32,000 bases of DNA from sequence record NC_008289.1; one strand, given 5' to 3'. The notes beneath the pieces were generated by a model. The model made no database searches. It worked only from the letters and a program-made list of their open reading frames with translations, and was not told the origin of the DNA. A program made the translations under genes and the position numbers. This document shows positions 11,420-22,719 of this stretch, one piece after another (the stretch's first letter is position 1; each line of letters starts with the position of its first letter).

Positions 11420-11926
11420 ATGGTATCACTTGCAGAAGGTTTCGGTTTCAACACTAATATTCTTGAAACGAACGTTCTTAACCTTGCCGTTGTTCTTCCA
11501 ATTGTATTTACACTCGGGCGTGACACACTCACATCTATGTTAGATACACGTCGTGAAAAAATTCTTGGAAGTCTTCGTAGTGCTGATGATCGCTTTAAAC
11601 AAGCTCAATTAGAACTTGATACAGCGAAAGCAGAACTTGCGACTGCAAACGACAAAGTAAAAGATATTAAAAGTGAGGGACGTAAAACTCTTGAGGCACT
11701 TACTGCTGAGCAAAGCTCACGTATGGCTGAAGTAGCAACTCGTTTTGCTGGTCTTAAAGATGAAACAATTCGTCTTGAAGAAGAGAAAGCAATTGCACAG
11801 TTCCGCAAGCAACTTGTTAATGTAGCGTTTGAGAAAGCAATTGTTGGGATTCAATCTCAAATGAATGCTTCACTTCACCGCAAATATATTGACGCTAAGA
11901 TTTCACTTATGACTTCTCGTCTTTAA
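11420..11926 (+). CDS. atpF: ATP synthase CF0 subunit b (I), no intron
   Basis: 168-aa ORF with an N-terminal FGFNTNILETN..NL motif, then a long charged helix. It holds the conserved atpH-atpF-atpA position. ggagg lies upstream of the ATG. Confidence 0.9.
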   Translation: MVSLAEGFGFNTNILETNVLNLAVVLPIVFTLGRDTLTSMLDTRREKILGSLRSADDRFKQAQLELDTAKAELATANDKVKDIKSEGRKTLEALTAEQSSRMAEVATRFAGLKDETIRLEEEKAIAQFRKQLVNVAFEKAIVGIQSQMNASLHRKYIDAKISLMTSRL

Positions 11927-12081
11927 AGTAAATTTTAGTTTTTCCACCCATTGGTGGAAATTAAGCGTTAAAAATTAACGTTTAATACTTTACGAGCAAA
12001 CAATATACTCGCTTTTGATAAATATGTTTAAGCTCTCCCAATATAAATGGGACGGTGTGCTCTTTAGCCACCAATCCGTGA

Positions 12082-13635
<1,554 letters not shown>

Positions 13636-13644
13636 TTAATTTTT

Positions 13645-13691
13645 TTGTTCTTTCTTTTGAACACCTTCAGTGTGTTCAAAAGAAAGAACAA
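13645..13691 (+). terminator. Perfect 20-bp hairpin at the 3' end of atpA
   Basis: ttgttctttcttttgaacac-cttcagt-gtgttcaaaagaaagaacaa, starting 10 nt after the atpA stop. Confidence 0.65.
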
Positions 13692-13841
13692 ATTTAAAAT
13701 AAAAAAGTGACGAATAGTTATTAATATGGTAAATTAGTTCCAAACAAATATATCTTATTTTTACTAATACTTAACCAGACTGATGAATTTGAAAGTTTGA
13801 GTCCCTATTGTATTTAGTTTATCTACCTATTTAAAAATCTC

Positions 13842-14144
13842 ATGGCAAAAAAGGCATTAATTGCGCGTGAAACAAAACGCCAAAAACTTGTTCAAAAATA
13901 TGCAGCCAAGCGTCTTGAATTTAAAGAACGCATCCGTACTGCAGAGTCTATTCGTGAAGTGGTAAGTATCCAACGTGAATTCCAAGGGTTACCCCGTAAC
14001 AGTTCAAAAGTACGTCTTAAGAACCGTTGTGCAAAGACTGGTCGACCAAAAGGGTATTACCGTGATTTCGGTCTTTCACGTCATGTATTACGTGAAATGG
14101 CGCACCAAGGGCTTCTTCCGGGAGTCCGTAAAGCAAGTTGGTAA
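13842..14144 (+). CDS. rps14: Ribosomal protein S14
   Basis: 100-aa ORF: MAKK..I.RE.KR..L..KY...R...LPRNS...R..NRC..TGRP.G.YR.FGLSRH.LRE.A..G.LPG..K.SW. Confidence 0.97.
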   Translation: MAKKALIARETKRQKLVQKYAAKRLEFKERIRTAESIREVVSIQREFQGLPRNSSKVRLKNRCAKTGRPKGYYRDFGLSRHVLREMAHQGLLPGVRKASW

Positions 14145-14178
14145 TCAGAAAATAATTTCTTTGTCATAATTTCACTTG

Positions 14179-14207
14179 TTGACTTTTTGGCAAAGAAATT
14201 TCATAAT
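14179..14207 (+). promoter_or_regulatory. Candidate sigma70-type promoter for trnQ (and possibly petA)
   Basis: ttgact-17 nt-cataat. The -10 ends 10 nt before trnQ. Confidence 0.45.
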
Positions 14208-14217
14208 ATTCAAAAAA

Positions 14218-14289
14218 TGGGGCATAGCCAAGTGGTAAGGCGGCTGGTTTTGGTTCAGTTATTCCGAGGTTCGAGTCCTTGTGCCCCAG
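14218..14289 (+). tRNA. trnQ(UUG): tRNA-Gln(UUG)
   Basis: Acceptor tggggca/tgcccca, anticodon loop ttTTGgt, T arm gaggttcgagtcctt. Closely resembles plant trnQ-UUG as I recall it. Confidence 0.92.
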
Positions 14290-14329
14290 ATTTAAAGGAA
14301 ATTTCAATCTAAACAAATTATTAGTTCTC

Positions 14330-15253
14330 ATGAAGAAAAATTTATTCCTCGTAAGCGTATTTGCATCGCTTTTTGTTGGGACAGCTAACAACGCATTAGC
14401 TTACCCAATGTATGCCCAGCAAGGGTACGAAAACCCACGTGAAGCCACTGGTCGTATTGTTTGTGCTAACTGTCACCTTGCACAAAAACCTGTTGATATT
14501 GAAGTACCGCAAGCAGTACTTCCAGATTCAGTTTTCGAAGCAGTTGTAAAAATTCCTTACAACCAAGAAGTTAAGCAAGTTCTTGGAAATGGGAAAAAAG
14601 GTGGCTTAAACGTTGGAGCAGTACTTATTCTCCCTGATGGGTTCACTATGGCTCCCGCTGATCGTATGTCTGCAGAGCTTAAAGAAAAAGTTGGAAAACT
14701 TTACTTCCAGCCATATAGTGAAGACAAGCAAAACATTCTTATTGTTGGTCCAGTACCAGGTAAAAAATATAGTGAGATGACTTTCCCACTTCTTTCACCT
14801 GATCCGGCAACTAACAAGAAGGTAAATTACCTTACTTACCCAATTTACCTTGGTGGAAACCGTGGTCGTGGGCAAGTTTACCCAGATGGTAGCAAATCAA
14901 ACAACACTGTTTATAATGCTGCAGCTGCAGGTAAAATTGCTGCAATTAACCCAACAGAAAAAGGAACTGATGTTGTAATTGATAAGGTTGATGGCGGCTC
15001 TGTGACTGTAGCGATTCCGTCTGGTCCAGATCTTTTAGTTTCAGTAGGTGACACTGTAGCCGCTGATCAGCCAATTACAAATAACCCTAATGTAGGTGGA
15101 TTTGGGCAAGGAGAGACAGAAATTGTACTTCAAAACCCAGCTCGTCTCCAAGGGCTTGTTATTTTCTTAGGATTTGTACTTATTGCACAAGTATTCCTTG
15201 TACTCAAGAAAAAGCAATTCGAGAAAGTACAGCTTTCAGAAATGAACTTCTAA
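14330..15253 (+). CDS. petA: Cytochrome f
   Basis: The track ORF starts inside trnQ on an alternative codon. The ATG at 14330 gives a signal peptide, then mature [27 protein letters not shown] (haem-binding CANCH) and a C-terminal membrane anchor. Confidence 0.97.
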   Translation: MKKNLFLVSVFASLFVGTANNALAYPMYAQQGYENPREATGRIVCANCHLAQKPVDIEVPQAVLPDSVFEAVVKIPYNQEVKQVLGNGKKGGLNVGAVLILPDGFTMAPADRMSAELKEKVGKLYFQPYSEDKQNILIVGPVPGKKYSEMTFPLLSPDPATNKKVNYLTYPIYLGGNRGRGQVYPDGSKSNNTVYNAAAAGKIAAINPTEKGTDVVIDKVDGGSVTVAIPSGPDLLVSVGDTVAADQPITNNPNVGGFGQGETEIVLQNPARLQGLVIFLGFVLIAQVFLVLKKKQFEKVQLSEMNF

Positions 15254-15278
15254 TGATTTTTTAAATTATTTTTAAGAT

Positions 15279-15303
15279 GTCTAGGGCAGTTACTGTCCTA
15301 GAC
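15279..15303 (+). terminator. petA 3' hairpin
   Basis: gtctagggca-gttac-tgtcctagac, a 10-bp stem with one G-U pair, 25 nt after the petA stop. Confidence 0.45.
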
Positions 15304-15304
15304 G

Positions 15305-15550
15305 TTACATGAAGATTATTCTGCTAAAAAATAAACAACTCAATACTAAAATTGACCAAATTAAAATTTTTGTAAAAAGAAAAGCATTCTTATACTGAAC
15401 AAAAATTCTTATTTCAAAAATTTGACGTGTGACTTTATCACGAAAACGCGTTTGTTGTGGGAGGCATACCACTACTAACAAACTCATGATACCTACGTAT
15501 AAAATAAATCCGAAAATTCGCATTTTTACAATTTTTAATTGGATGTACAT
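15305..15550 (-). CDS. Hypothetical 81-codon ORF with two hydrophobic segments; coding status doubtful
   Basis: ORF track only. I recognise no family. The region is AT-rich, and codon use includes ata and aga, which the photosynthesis genes I read (e.g. psbA) do not use. The first ATG lies inside the psbA-strand neighbour psaB's 3' hairpin. Confidence 0.2.
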   Translation of the reverse strand: MYIQLKIVKMRIFGFILYVGIMSLLVVVCLPQQTRFRDKVTRQIFEIRIFVQYKNAFLFTKILIWSILVLSCLFFSRIIFM

Positions 15551-15570
15551 GGGGGCTTAAAGCCCCCATG
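15548..15570 (-). terminator. psaB 3' hairpin
   Basis: catgggggct-taa-agcccccatg, a 10-bp perfect GC-rich stem 34 nt downstream of the psaB stop. Confidence 0.6.
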
Positions 15571-15603
15571 AAATTAAAGCTCTAAATTAACATAAATACT
15601 AAT

Positions 15604-17805
15604 TTATCCAAACTTACCAGAAGTTGAAGCAATTACGAAAGCTGCATATGTAAGTACGAATCCTACTGCAAAGTGAGTAAGACCTACAAGACGAGCTTGC
15701 ACAATTGAAAGGGCAACTGGCTTATCGTTCCATTTTACAAAGTTTGCAAGTGGAGTACGCTCATGTGCCCAAACAAGAGTTTCAATAAGCTCTTGCCAGT
15801 ACCCACGCCAAGAAATAAGGAACATAAATCCTGTTGCGTAAATAAGGTGTCCAAAAAGGAACATCCACGCCCATACCGAAAGACTGTTCATTCCAAACGG
15901 GTTGTACCCGTTAATAAGTTGAGATGAGTTAAGCCAAAGGTAGTCACGAAGCCATCCCATGATATATGTTGATGATTCGTCAAACTGAGCTGAATTTCCT
16001 TGCCAAAGAGCAAGGTGCTTCCAGTGGAAATAGAATACTGTCCATGACACTGTGTTGAGCTCCCAGAATACTGCGAGGTAGAAAGCATCCCAAGCTGAGA
16101 TGTCACATGTTCCTCCACGTCCTGGTCCATCACAAGGGAAACTGTACCCGAAATCTTTCTTATCTGGCATAAGCTTAGATCCACGTGCATCAAGCGCTCC
16201 TTTTACAAGGATAAGCGTTGTTGTGTGAAGTCCAAGTGCGATTGCGTGGTGTACAAGGAAATCTCCAGGCCCAATTGGGAGGAAAAGCGAGTTTGTAGAA
16301 CTGTTAATTCCAGCAAGCCAACCTGGAAGGTAAATTGAATTACCAGCGGCAGTTGCAGCGTTATCCCCTGAAAGAAGAATATCAAAGCCATAGAGAGCTT
16401 TACCTTGTGCAGCCTGAATCCATTGTGCAAATACTGGCTCAATAAGAATCTGCTTTTCCGGTGTTCCAAATGCTTGCATTACGTCGTTGTGTACATAAAG
16501 ACCAAGCGTGTGGAATCCAAGGAAAAGTGATACCCAACTAAGGTGCGAAATAATCGCTTCTTTGTGCTCTAACATACGTGCAAGTACGTTTCCTTTATTC
16601 GCTTCTGGATCGTAGTCACGAATAAAGAAGATTGCTCCGTGTGCAAAAGCTCCACACATGATGAAACCAGCAATATACTGGTGGTGCGAGTAAAGTGCTG
16701 CTTGCGTTGTGAAGTCCTGAGCAAGGAACGCGTACGGTGGCATACTGTACATGTGCTGTGCTGTAAGTGAACATAATACACCAACAGATGCAAGTGCAAG
16801 CCCAAGTTGGAAATGAAGAGAGTTGTTTACAGTATCAAAAAGACCTGTGTGCCCAGCTCCAAGACGTCCTGAAGGTGCTGTATGTGCTTCAAGAATTTCT
16901 TTCATACTGTGCCCAATTCCGAAGTTCGTACGGTATTGGTGTCCTGCAATGATGAAAACTACAGCAATTGCAAGGTGGTGGTGAGCCATGTCAGTGAGCC
17001 AAAGACTCTGTGTCTGTGGGTGGAATCCACCTAAGAATGTAAGAATTGCTGTTCCAGCCCCTTCAGATGTTCCGAAGATGTGTCCAGCTGTATCTGGATT
17101 CTGTGCATACACAGCCCATTGTCCTGTAAAGAATGGAGCAAGTCCTGCTGGGTGAGGTAATGTTGTTAAGAAGTTATCCCAACGAACAGTCTCTCCACGC
17201 GAAGCTGGAATTGCTACGTGTACAAGGTGACCAGTCCAAGCGAGTGAACTTACTCCAAAGAGTCCCGAAAGGTGGTGATTTAAACGTGATTCAGCATTTT
17301 TGAACCAAGAAACTGCTGGTGCAAACGTCGGCTGAAGGTGAAGCCATCCTGCGAAGAGGAAAAGTCCTGCTACAAAAAGAAGGAAAAGTGACCCGTTGTA
17401 AAGGTCAACGTTTGTACGCATACCAATTGTGTACCACCACTGGTAAACACCTGAATATGCAATGTTTACTGGAGCCGAAGCTCCACCACGTGTAAATGCT
17501 TCAACAGCTGGTTGTCCAAAATGTGGATCCCAGATTGTGTGAGCGATTGGACGTACGTGAAGAGGATCTTCACCCCACTTCTCAAAGTTTCCTTGCCACG
17601 CTACGTGGAAAAGGTTACCTGATGTCCATAAGAAAATAATTGCAAGTTGCCCGAAGTGAGAAGCGAAAATCTTTTGGTAGAGTTTCTCTTCTGTCATCCC
17701 ATCGTGTGTTTCGAAATCGTGTGCTGTTGCAATTCCGAACCAGATACGACGTGTTGTGGGATCCGATGCAAGTCCTTGACTAAATTTAGGGAATTTTGTT
17801 GCCAT
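15604..17805 (-). CDS. psaB: Photosystem I P700 apoprotein A2
   Basis: The track ORF is extended upstream. The ATG at 17805 gives the canonical [13 protein letters not shown]... N-terminus, 734 aa with the [12 protein letters not shown] Fx-cluster loop. Confidence 0.99.
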   Translation of the reverse strand: MATKFPKFSQGLASDPTTRRIWFGIATAHDFETHDGMTEEKLYQKIFASHFGQLAIIFLWTSGNLFHVAWQGNFEKWGEDPLHVRPIAHTIWDPHFGQPAVEAFTRGGASAPVNIAYSGVYQWWYTIGMRTNVDLYNGSLFLLFVAGLFLFAGWLHLQPTFAPAVSWFKNAESRLNHHLSGLFGVSSLAWTGHLVHVAIPASRGETVRWDNFLTTLPHPAGLAPFFTGQWAVYAQNPDTAGHIFGTSEGAGTAILTFLGGFHPQTQSLWLTDMAHHHLAIAVVFIIAGHQYRTNFGIGHSMKEILEAHTAPSGRLGAGHTGLFDTVNNSLHFQLGLALASVGVLCSLTAQHMYSMPPYAFLAQDFTTQAALYSHHQYIAGFIMCGAFAHGAIFFIRDYDPEANKGNVLARMLEHKEAIISHLSWVSLFLGFHTLGLYVHNDVMQAFGTPEKQILIEPVFAQWIQAAQGKALYGFDILLSGDNAATAAGNSIYLPGWLAGINSSTNSLFLPIGPGDFLVHHAIALGLHTTTLILVKGALDARGSKLMPDKKDFGYSFPCDGPGRGGTCDISAWDAFYLAVFWELNTVSWTVFYFHWKHLALWQGNSAQFDESSTYIMGWLRDYLWLNSSQLINGYNPFGMNSLSVWAWMFLFGHLIYATGFMFLISWRGYWQELIETLVWAHERTPLANFVKWNDKPVALSIVQARLVGLTHFAVGFVLTYAAFVIASTSGKFG

Positions 17806-17828
17806 ATAAGTGTATATCCTCCGTGCGT

Positions 17829-20084
17829 TTATCCTACTGCAATAATTCGCGCTAAGAAGAATGACCAAGTTGTTGCGATACCACCTAAAAGGTAGTGAGC
17901 AACACCAACGGCACGTCCCTGCGTAATACTTAAAGCGCGTGGCTGAATAGCTGGCGCAACTTTAAGTTTGTTGTGCGCCCATACGATTGACTCGATAAGC
18001 TCTTGCCAGTACCCACGCCCTGAGAAAAGGAACATGAGACTAAAAGCCCAGATAAAGTGTGCACCTAAGAAGATGAGACCGTATGCTGAGAGCGCAGATC
18101 CGTATGATTGAATTACTTGTGAAGATTGTGCCCAAAGGAAATCACGAAGCCATCCGTTAATAGTGTTTGCACTTTGTGCAAAGTTACCACCAGTAATGTG
18201 TGAAACTCCATTTCCAGTTACACTTCCCCAAACATCTGATTGCATCTTCCAGCTAAAGTGGAAAATTACAATAGAAATTGAGTTATACATCCAGAAGAGA
18301 CCTAAGAAAACGTGGTCCCAAGCTGATACTTGACAAGTTCCTCCACGTCCTGGTCCGTCACAAGGGAATCGGAAACCAAGGTTTGCCTTATCTGGGATAA
18401 GACGTGAACTACGCGCAAAAAGAACACCTTTAAGAAGGATAAGAACTGTTACGTGAATAGTAAAAGCGTGAATATGGTGAACCATAAAGTCTGATGTACC
18501 AAGTGAAATTGGCATCATTGCAATCTTTCCACCAACAGCTACGATGTCGCCACCCCAACTAGCACTTGTGCTTCCTGCTGCTGTAGGTGCAGTAAGTTCA
18601 GGTGCAAGGGCATGTGTGTGCTGCACAAATTGTGCAAAAATTGGCTGAAGTTGAATTGCTGTGTCTGAGAACATGTCCTGCGGACGTCCAAGCGCACTCA
18701 TTGTATCGTTGTGGATATAAAGTCCAAAACTGTGGAATCCAAGGAAAATACAAACCCAGTTTAAGTGAGAAATAATTGCATCACGGTGACGAAGTACACG
18801 ATCAAGAACATTGTTGTAGTTTGTTGCTGGATCATAATCACGAACCATGAAAATTGCTGCGTGTGCAGCTGCTCCACAAATACAGAAACCTCCAATCCAC
18901 ATGTGGTGTGTGAAAAGTGAAAGTTGCGTTCCGTAATCAGTCGCTAAGTATGGGTATGGAGGCATACTATACATGTGGTGAGACACAATAATAGATAATG
19001 ATCCCATAAGTGCTAAGTTAATAGCAAGTTGTGCGTGCCATGAAGTTGTTAAAATTTCGTAAAGCCCTTTGTGCCCTTCACCCGTGAAAGGCCCTTTGTG
19101 TGCTTCAAGAATTTCTTTCATGCTGTGCCCAATTCCCCAGTTCGTACGGTACTGATGACCAGCAACAAGGAAAAGAACAGCAATTGCTAAGTGGTGGTGA
19201 GCCATATCAGTAAGCCAAAGACCACCTGTTACTGGGTTTAATCCTCCACGGAAAGTAAGGAAATCTGAGTATTCAGTCCAGTTAAATGTAAAGAATGGTG
19301 TAAGTCCTTTTGCAAAACTTGGGTAAAGCTCAGCCATGAGAGCACGGTTAAGCATAAACTCATGTGGAAGTGGAATCTCTTTTGGATCTACCCCAGCATC
19401 AAGAAGAGTGTTTACTGGTAATGCAATGTGAATCTGGTGACCGGCCCATGCAAGACTTCCAAGTCCAAGAAGACCAGCAAGGTGGTGGTTCATCATTGAT
19501 TCTACATTTTGGAACCACTCAAGCTTCGGTGCAGCTTTGTGGTAGTGCCACCATCCTGCGAAGAACATAAGTCCTGCACAGATAAGGGCACCAATAGCTG
19601 TACTATAAAGTTGAAGTTCACTCGTGATTCCACTTCCACGCCAAAGTTGGAAGAATCCTGAAGTGATTTGTACTCCTTGGAATCCTCCTCCAACGTCACC
19701 GTTTAAGATTTCTTGACCAACAATTGGCCACACTACTTGTGCAGATGGCTTAATGTGAGTCGGGTCACTTAACCATGCTTCATAGTTTGAAAAACGTGCT
19801 CCGTGGAAGTACATTCCACTAAGCCAAATAAAGATGACTCCGAGTTGTCCAAAGTGAGCACTGAAGACTTTACGCGAAATGTCTTCAAGGTCAGTCGTGT
19901 GACTATCGAAGTCGTGTGCATCTGCGTGAAGGTCCCATACCCACGTTGTTGTAGCCGGACCTTTGGCAAGTGTACGAGAGAAGTGTCCAGGTTTTGCCCA
20001 TTTTTCAAATGAAGTCGGTACCGGGTCACGATCTACGACGATTTTGACAGTTTTAATCTCGCGTTCTGGTGGACTAATTGTCAT
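17829..20084 (-). CDS. psaA: Photosystem I P700 apoprotein A1
   Basis: 751-aa ORF: MTISPPERE...[24 protein letters not shown]. It ends 23 nt before the psaB start, so the two form an operon. Confidence 0.99.
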   Translation of the reverse strand: MTISPPEREIKTVKIVVDRDPVPTSFEKWAKPGHFSRTLAKGPATTTWVWDLHADAHDFDSHTTDLEDISRKVFSAHFGQLGVIFIWLSGMYFHGARFSNYEAWLSDPTHIKPSAQVVWPIVGQEILNGDVGGGFQGVQITSGFFQLWRGSGITSELQLYSTAIGALICAGLMFFAGWWHYHKAAPKLEWFQNVESMMNHHLAGLLGLGSLAWAGHQIHIALPVNTLLDAGVDPKEIPLPHEFMLNRALMAELYPSFAKGLTPFFTFNWTEYSDFLTFRGGLNPVTGGLWLTDMAHHHLAIAVLFLVAGHQYRTNWGIGHSMKEILEAHKGPFTGEGHKGLYEILTTSWHAQLAINLALMGSLSIIVSHHMYSMPPYPYLATDYGTQLSLFTHHMWIGGFCICGAAAHAAIFMVRDYDPATNYNNVLDRVLRHRDAIISHLNWVCIFLGFHSFGLYIHNDTMSALGRPQDMFSDTAIQLQPIFAQFVQHTHALAPELTAPTAAGSTSASWGGDIVAVGGKIAMMPISLGTSDFMVHHIHAFTIHVTVLILLKGVLFARSSRLIPDKANLGFRFPCDGPGRGGTCQVSAWDHVFLGLFWMYNSISIVIFHFSWKMQSDVWGSVTGNGVSHITGGNFAQSANTINGWLRDFLWAQSSQVIQSYGSALSAYGLIFLGAHFIWAFSLMFLFSGRGYWQELIESIVWAHNKLKVAPAIQPRALSITQGRAVGVAHYLLGGIATTWSFFLARIIAVG

Positions 20085-20416
20085 TAATTTTTCCTCTATA
20101 TTTCATTACTGAAAGTTTTCAATTATTGATAACGAAAAACTTAAAGATCATTTACTTTCAAACGTAAAAATGGTTTCTATGAAGCGTTATTTTTATTTAT
20201 TTTAAAATAAAGGGAAAACCTTTCAATAAAAAGCCAATTGTTTGAATTCAAATGAAACGGATTCCTACTTTTTACTATGAATGAGTGCAGTTTCAAAAAT
20301 AATTTTGTCAAAGACTCATAGTTTAAACAATGGTGTGATAAAAGTATGGTGTACCTCCATTTTATTAAAAAAAAGAGCACATGCACACCGCATATGCGCC
20401 ATTTAAATATTTTTTC

Positions 20417-20445
20417 TTGCAAAATTGCGCTGCATGAGGCATTAT
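20417..20445 (+). promoter_or_regulatory. Candidate sigma70-type promoter for trnD
   Basis: ttgcaa-17 nt-cattat. The -10 ends 22 nt before trnD. Confidence 0.35.
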
Positions 20446-20467
20446 AACTGCACACGCATCAATTTGT

Positions 20468-20541
20468 GGGTTTGTAGTTCAATTGGTTAGAGCACCGCCC
20501 TGTCACGGCGGAAGTTGCGGGTTCGAGTCCCGTCAATCCCG
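20468..20541 (+). tRNA. trnD(GUC): tRNA-Asp(GUC)
   Basis: Cloverleaf: anticodon stem ccgcc/ggcgg, loop ctGTCac, T arm gcggg-ttcgagt-cccgt. The acceptor stem has one U4-U69 mismatch. Confidence 0.92.
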
Positions 20542-20651
20542 GAAAAAAAAATATATAAAATAGAGTGAAGGTTTTTTGATTTTTTTCTATAATACTAATG
20601 TCGCCTCTATACCTCTGATTTTGGTGAAATACTTCCTTAGGAGAAAAACTC

Positions 20652-20762
20652 ATGGCTGCATCATTATTACCTTCAATCTTTGTACCTCTTGTAGGATTAG
20701 TTTTCCCGGCTGTTGCAATGGCATCTCTTTTTCTTTACATCGAGAAAGAACAGGTGAGCTAA
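20652..20762 (+). CDS. psaI: Photosystem I subunit VIII
   Basis: 36-aa ORF below the track cutoff: [36 protein letters not shown], with the PsaI signature [21 protein letters not shown]. ggag lies upstream. Confidence 0.93.
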   Translation: MAASLLPSIFVPLVGLVFPAVAMASLFLYIEKEQVS

Positions 20763-20852
20763 TCTTTTTATTGTCATTTTTTGGTCCCTCTTCTTTTGAG
20801 GTTGGAATGCTTTTATTGAAAGCAAAAATATTTTAACGTTCGGGTAAAATTT

Positions 20853-20954
20853 ATGAATCTTGAATTAATCGGTCAACTTGTAACCGTTGCTCTTGTTGTA
20901 GGAGCAGGTCCAATTATTATTGGAGCTCTTTTCGCACGCGGTGGAAACCTTTAA
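20853..20954 (+). CDS. ycf12: Photosystem II protein Psb30 (Ycf12)
   Basis: 33-aa ORF MNLELIGQLVTVALVVGAGPIIIGALFARGGNL. The pattern MN.E...QL...AL.V..GP......AR.GNL matches Ycf12. Confidence 0.88.
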   Translation: MNLELIGQLVTVALVVGAGPIIIGALFARGGNL

Positions 20955-20969
20955 ACCATAAAACACATT

Positions 20970-21065
20970 ATGCCTTTATCTGATACACAAGTTTTTACTG
21001 CTCTTTTCGTAGCACTTATTACTGGTATTCTTTCCCTCCGTCTTGGAACTCAACTTTACAAGTAA
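20970..21065 (+). CDS. psaM: Photosystem I subunit XII
   Basis: 31-aa [34 protein letters not shown]. The PsaM pattern is SDTQ...AL..AL....L..RL...LYK. Confidence 0.88.
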
Positions 21066-21108
21066 AAAGTTAAGACGGTTTTTTAACTTTTTTAAAGTAC
21101 TTTAAAAA

Positions 21109-21148
21109 ATTTTGCTTGTTTATATTTTTTGATATAAACAAGCAAAAT
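21109..21148 (+). terminator. 17-bp hairpin 3' of psaI-ycf12-psaM
   Basis: attttgcttgtttatat-tttttg-atataaacaagcaaaat, 44 nt after the psaM stop. A second, smaller hairpin (aaaaagttaa/ttaacttttt) precedes it. Confidence 0.5.
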
Positions 21149-21212
21149 AATAAAATAAAAAAGTGCGTTGTTTTAACTATTAACTTTTGCTAATCTCTCT
21201 TACAAAGAATAT

Positions 21213-21286
21213 CGGAGTGTAGCGCAGCTTGGTAGCGTACGTCCTTTGGGAGGATGTGGTCGCAGGTTCGAATCCTGTCACTCCGA
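21213..21286 (+). tRNA. trnP(UGG): tRNA-Pro(UGG)
   Basis: Acceptor cggagtg/cactccg, anticodon stem cgtcc/ggatg, loop ttTGGga. Confidence 0.93.
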
Positions 21287-21316
21287 AACTTTAGGTCTGG
21301 TGAGATCAATAAAAAA

Positions 21317-21389
21317 GCGTCCTTAGTTCAGTTGGTAGAACGCAGGTCTCCAAAACCTGATGTCCTAGGTTCAAGTCCTAGAGGGCGTG
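21317..21389 (+). tRNA. trnW(CCA): tRNA-Trp(CCA)
   Basis: Acceptor gcgtcct/agggcgt, anticodon stem caggt/acctg, loop ctCCAaa, T arm ctagg-ttcaagt-cctag. Confidence 0.93.
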
Positions 21390-21435
21390 TATGATTTGAC
21401 AAGACGGAAGCTTTAATATCTTATTTTCTAGTCGA

Positions 21436-21522
21436 GGAGAGATGACTGAGAGGCCGAAAGTATTTCATTGCTAATGAAACGTACGAGCAATCGTACCAAG
21501 GGTTCGAATCCCTTTCTCTCCG
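21436..21522 (+). tRNA. trnS(GCU): tRNA-Ser(GCU), class II
   Basis: Acceptor ggagaga/tctctcc, anticodon stem tttca/tgaaa, loop ttGCTaa, long variable arm gtacgagcaatcgtac. Confidence 0.93.
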
Positions 21523-21553
21523 AAAAAACATAAAGAAATTTTGAATCAAGGTC

Positions 21554-21581
21554 TTGACTGAATACTATATTTTTATATATT
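21554..21581 (+). promoter_or_regulatory. Candidate sigma70-type promoter for rpl20
   Basis: ttgact-16 nt-tatatt, ~120 nt upstream of the rpl20 ATG. Confidence 0.3.
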
Positions 21582-21703
21582 CTATACCATATAGATGGTA
21601 GGCTAGATTTATTTAGATTATACAGTGGAAAACGGCATAATTTAGATAAGATAAAAAATAAAAATACTTTTGTAATACGAAGCTATTCAAAAGGGGAGAG
21701 TAT

Positions 21704-22039
21704 ATGACACGAGTGAAGCGTGGAAATGTAGCGCGTAAGCGTCGCAACAAAATTTTAGAACTTAATCGCGGGTACCGTGGGTCACATTCCACTTTATTCC
21801 GTACAGCTCAGCAGCGTACTTTAAAAGCTCTTACAACAGCTTATACTGACCGTCGTAAGAAAAAGCGTACGTACCGTCGTTTATGGATTCGCCGTATTAA
21901 TGCAGCAGTACGTACGAAAGGAACGACTTATAGTAAGTTTATTCACACAATGAAAAAGGACCAGATTATGCTCAACCGTAAGGTTCTTTCACAATTAGTT
22001 ATTCTTGATCCACCAAGTTTCTCAACTCTTACGAAGTAA
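21704..22039 (+). CDS. rpl20: Ribosomal protein L20
   Basis: 111-aa [20 protein letters not shown]....G.RG, a typical L20 N-terminus. ggggagag lies upstream. Confidence 0.96.
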   Translation: MTRVKRGNVARKRRNKILELNRGYRGSHSTLFRTAQQRTLKALTTAYTDRRKKKRTYRRLWIRRINAAVRTKGTTYSKFIHTMKKDQIMLNRKVLSQLVILDPPSFSTLTK

Positions 22040-22122
22040 GAATGGAACCTTGGGAAAAAAGTGAACAAAAAGAACAGAGACTTCTTGCATCTCTCTGGTC
22101 TTTTTGTTACTTTATAAGCACT

Positions 22123-22207
22123 GGAGAGGTGTCAGAGTGGTTTAATGTATTGGTCTTGAAAACCAATGTAGCGCAAGTTACCGTGGGTTCAAATCCCACC
22201 TTCTCCG
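22123..22207 (+). tRNA. trnS(UGA): tRNA-Ser(UGA), class II
   Basis: Acceptor ggagagg/cttctcc, anticodon stem ttggt/accaa, loop ctTGAaa, long variable arm, T arm gtggg-ttcaaat-cccac. Confidence 0.93.
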
Positions 22208-22243
22208 ATTTATGTTTTTTTTGTAAAATATTGGCCTTTAATT

Positions 22244-22272
22244 TTGATTTGTAGGAAATTATTAGATATAAT
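22244..22272 (+). promoter_or_regulatory. Candidate sigma70-type promoter for the psbK-psbI(-psaJ) cluster
   Basis: ttgatt-17 nt-tataat (perfect -10). The -10 ends 46 nt before the psbK ATG. Confidence 0.5.
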
Positions 22273-22318
22273 AAAAATGCTCGTTCATTCTTTTTATTTG
22301 TTTTGATTGGAGATACCC

Positions 22319-22456
22319 ATGACTCAAATTTTCCTTATTGGTCGTTTACCTGAGGCGTATGCGCCATTTGACCCAATTGTAGACGTACTCCCAATTATTC
22401 CAGTGTTATTCTTACTTCTTGCATTTGTATGGCAAGCTTCAGTAAGTTTCCGTTAA
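22319..22456 (+). CDS. psbK: Photosystem II protein K
   Basis: 45-aa [48 protein letters not shown]. The PsbK signature is [28 protein letters not shown]. Confidence 0.95.
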   Translation: MTQIFLIGRLPEAYAPFDPIVDVLPIIPVLFLLLAFVWQASVSFR

Positions 22457-22473
22457 TTTAAGAGAGGAATACT

Positions 22474-22590
22474 ATGCTTACATTAAAAATTCTTGTTTAT
22501 ACTGTTGTTAGTTTCTTCGTATCTCTTTTCATCTTCGGGTTCCTTTCGAATGACCCAGGACGTAACCCTAACTCAAAGGACTTTGAATAA
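22474..22590 (+). CDS. psbI: Photosystem II protein I
   Basis: 38-aa [41 protein letters not shown]. The PsbI signature is [28 protein letters not shown]. Confidence 0.96.
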   Translation: MLTLKILVYTVVSFFVSLFIFGFLSNDPGRNPNSKDFE

Positions 22591-22719
22591 ATCTTTAAAG
22601 GGGTGCAGAACCTTTTCTTAAAGCAAAAATTCAAATTTCAATGGTCGCGGGAGTCGATTGAAAAGAGCTTATAAACTCTGGAACATCAAACTTCTTCATT
22701 GTTTTTTCGAGGCAATTTT

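Noticed and set aside
20177-20455. 92-codon ORF between psaA and trnD
   Set aside because: It starts on GTG, lies in an AT-rich spacer, and has an odd Cys/His/Trp-rich, low-complexity translation with no recognisable family. It overlaps the candidate trnD promoter on the opposite strand.
22042-22254. 70-codon ORF after rpl20
   Set aside because: It fully contains trnS(UGA) (22123..22207) on the same strand. The tRNA fold is canonical, so the ORF is spurious.
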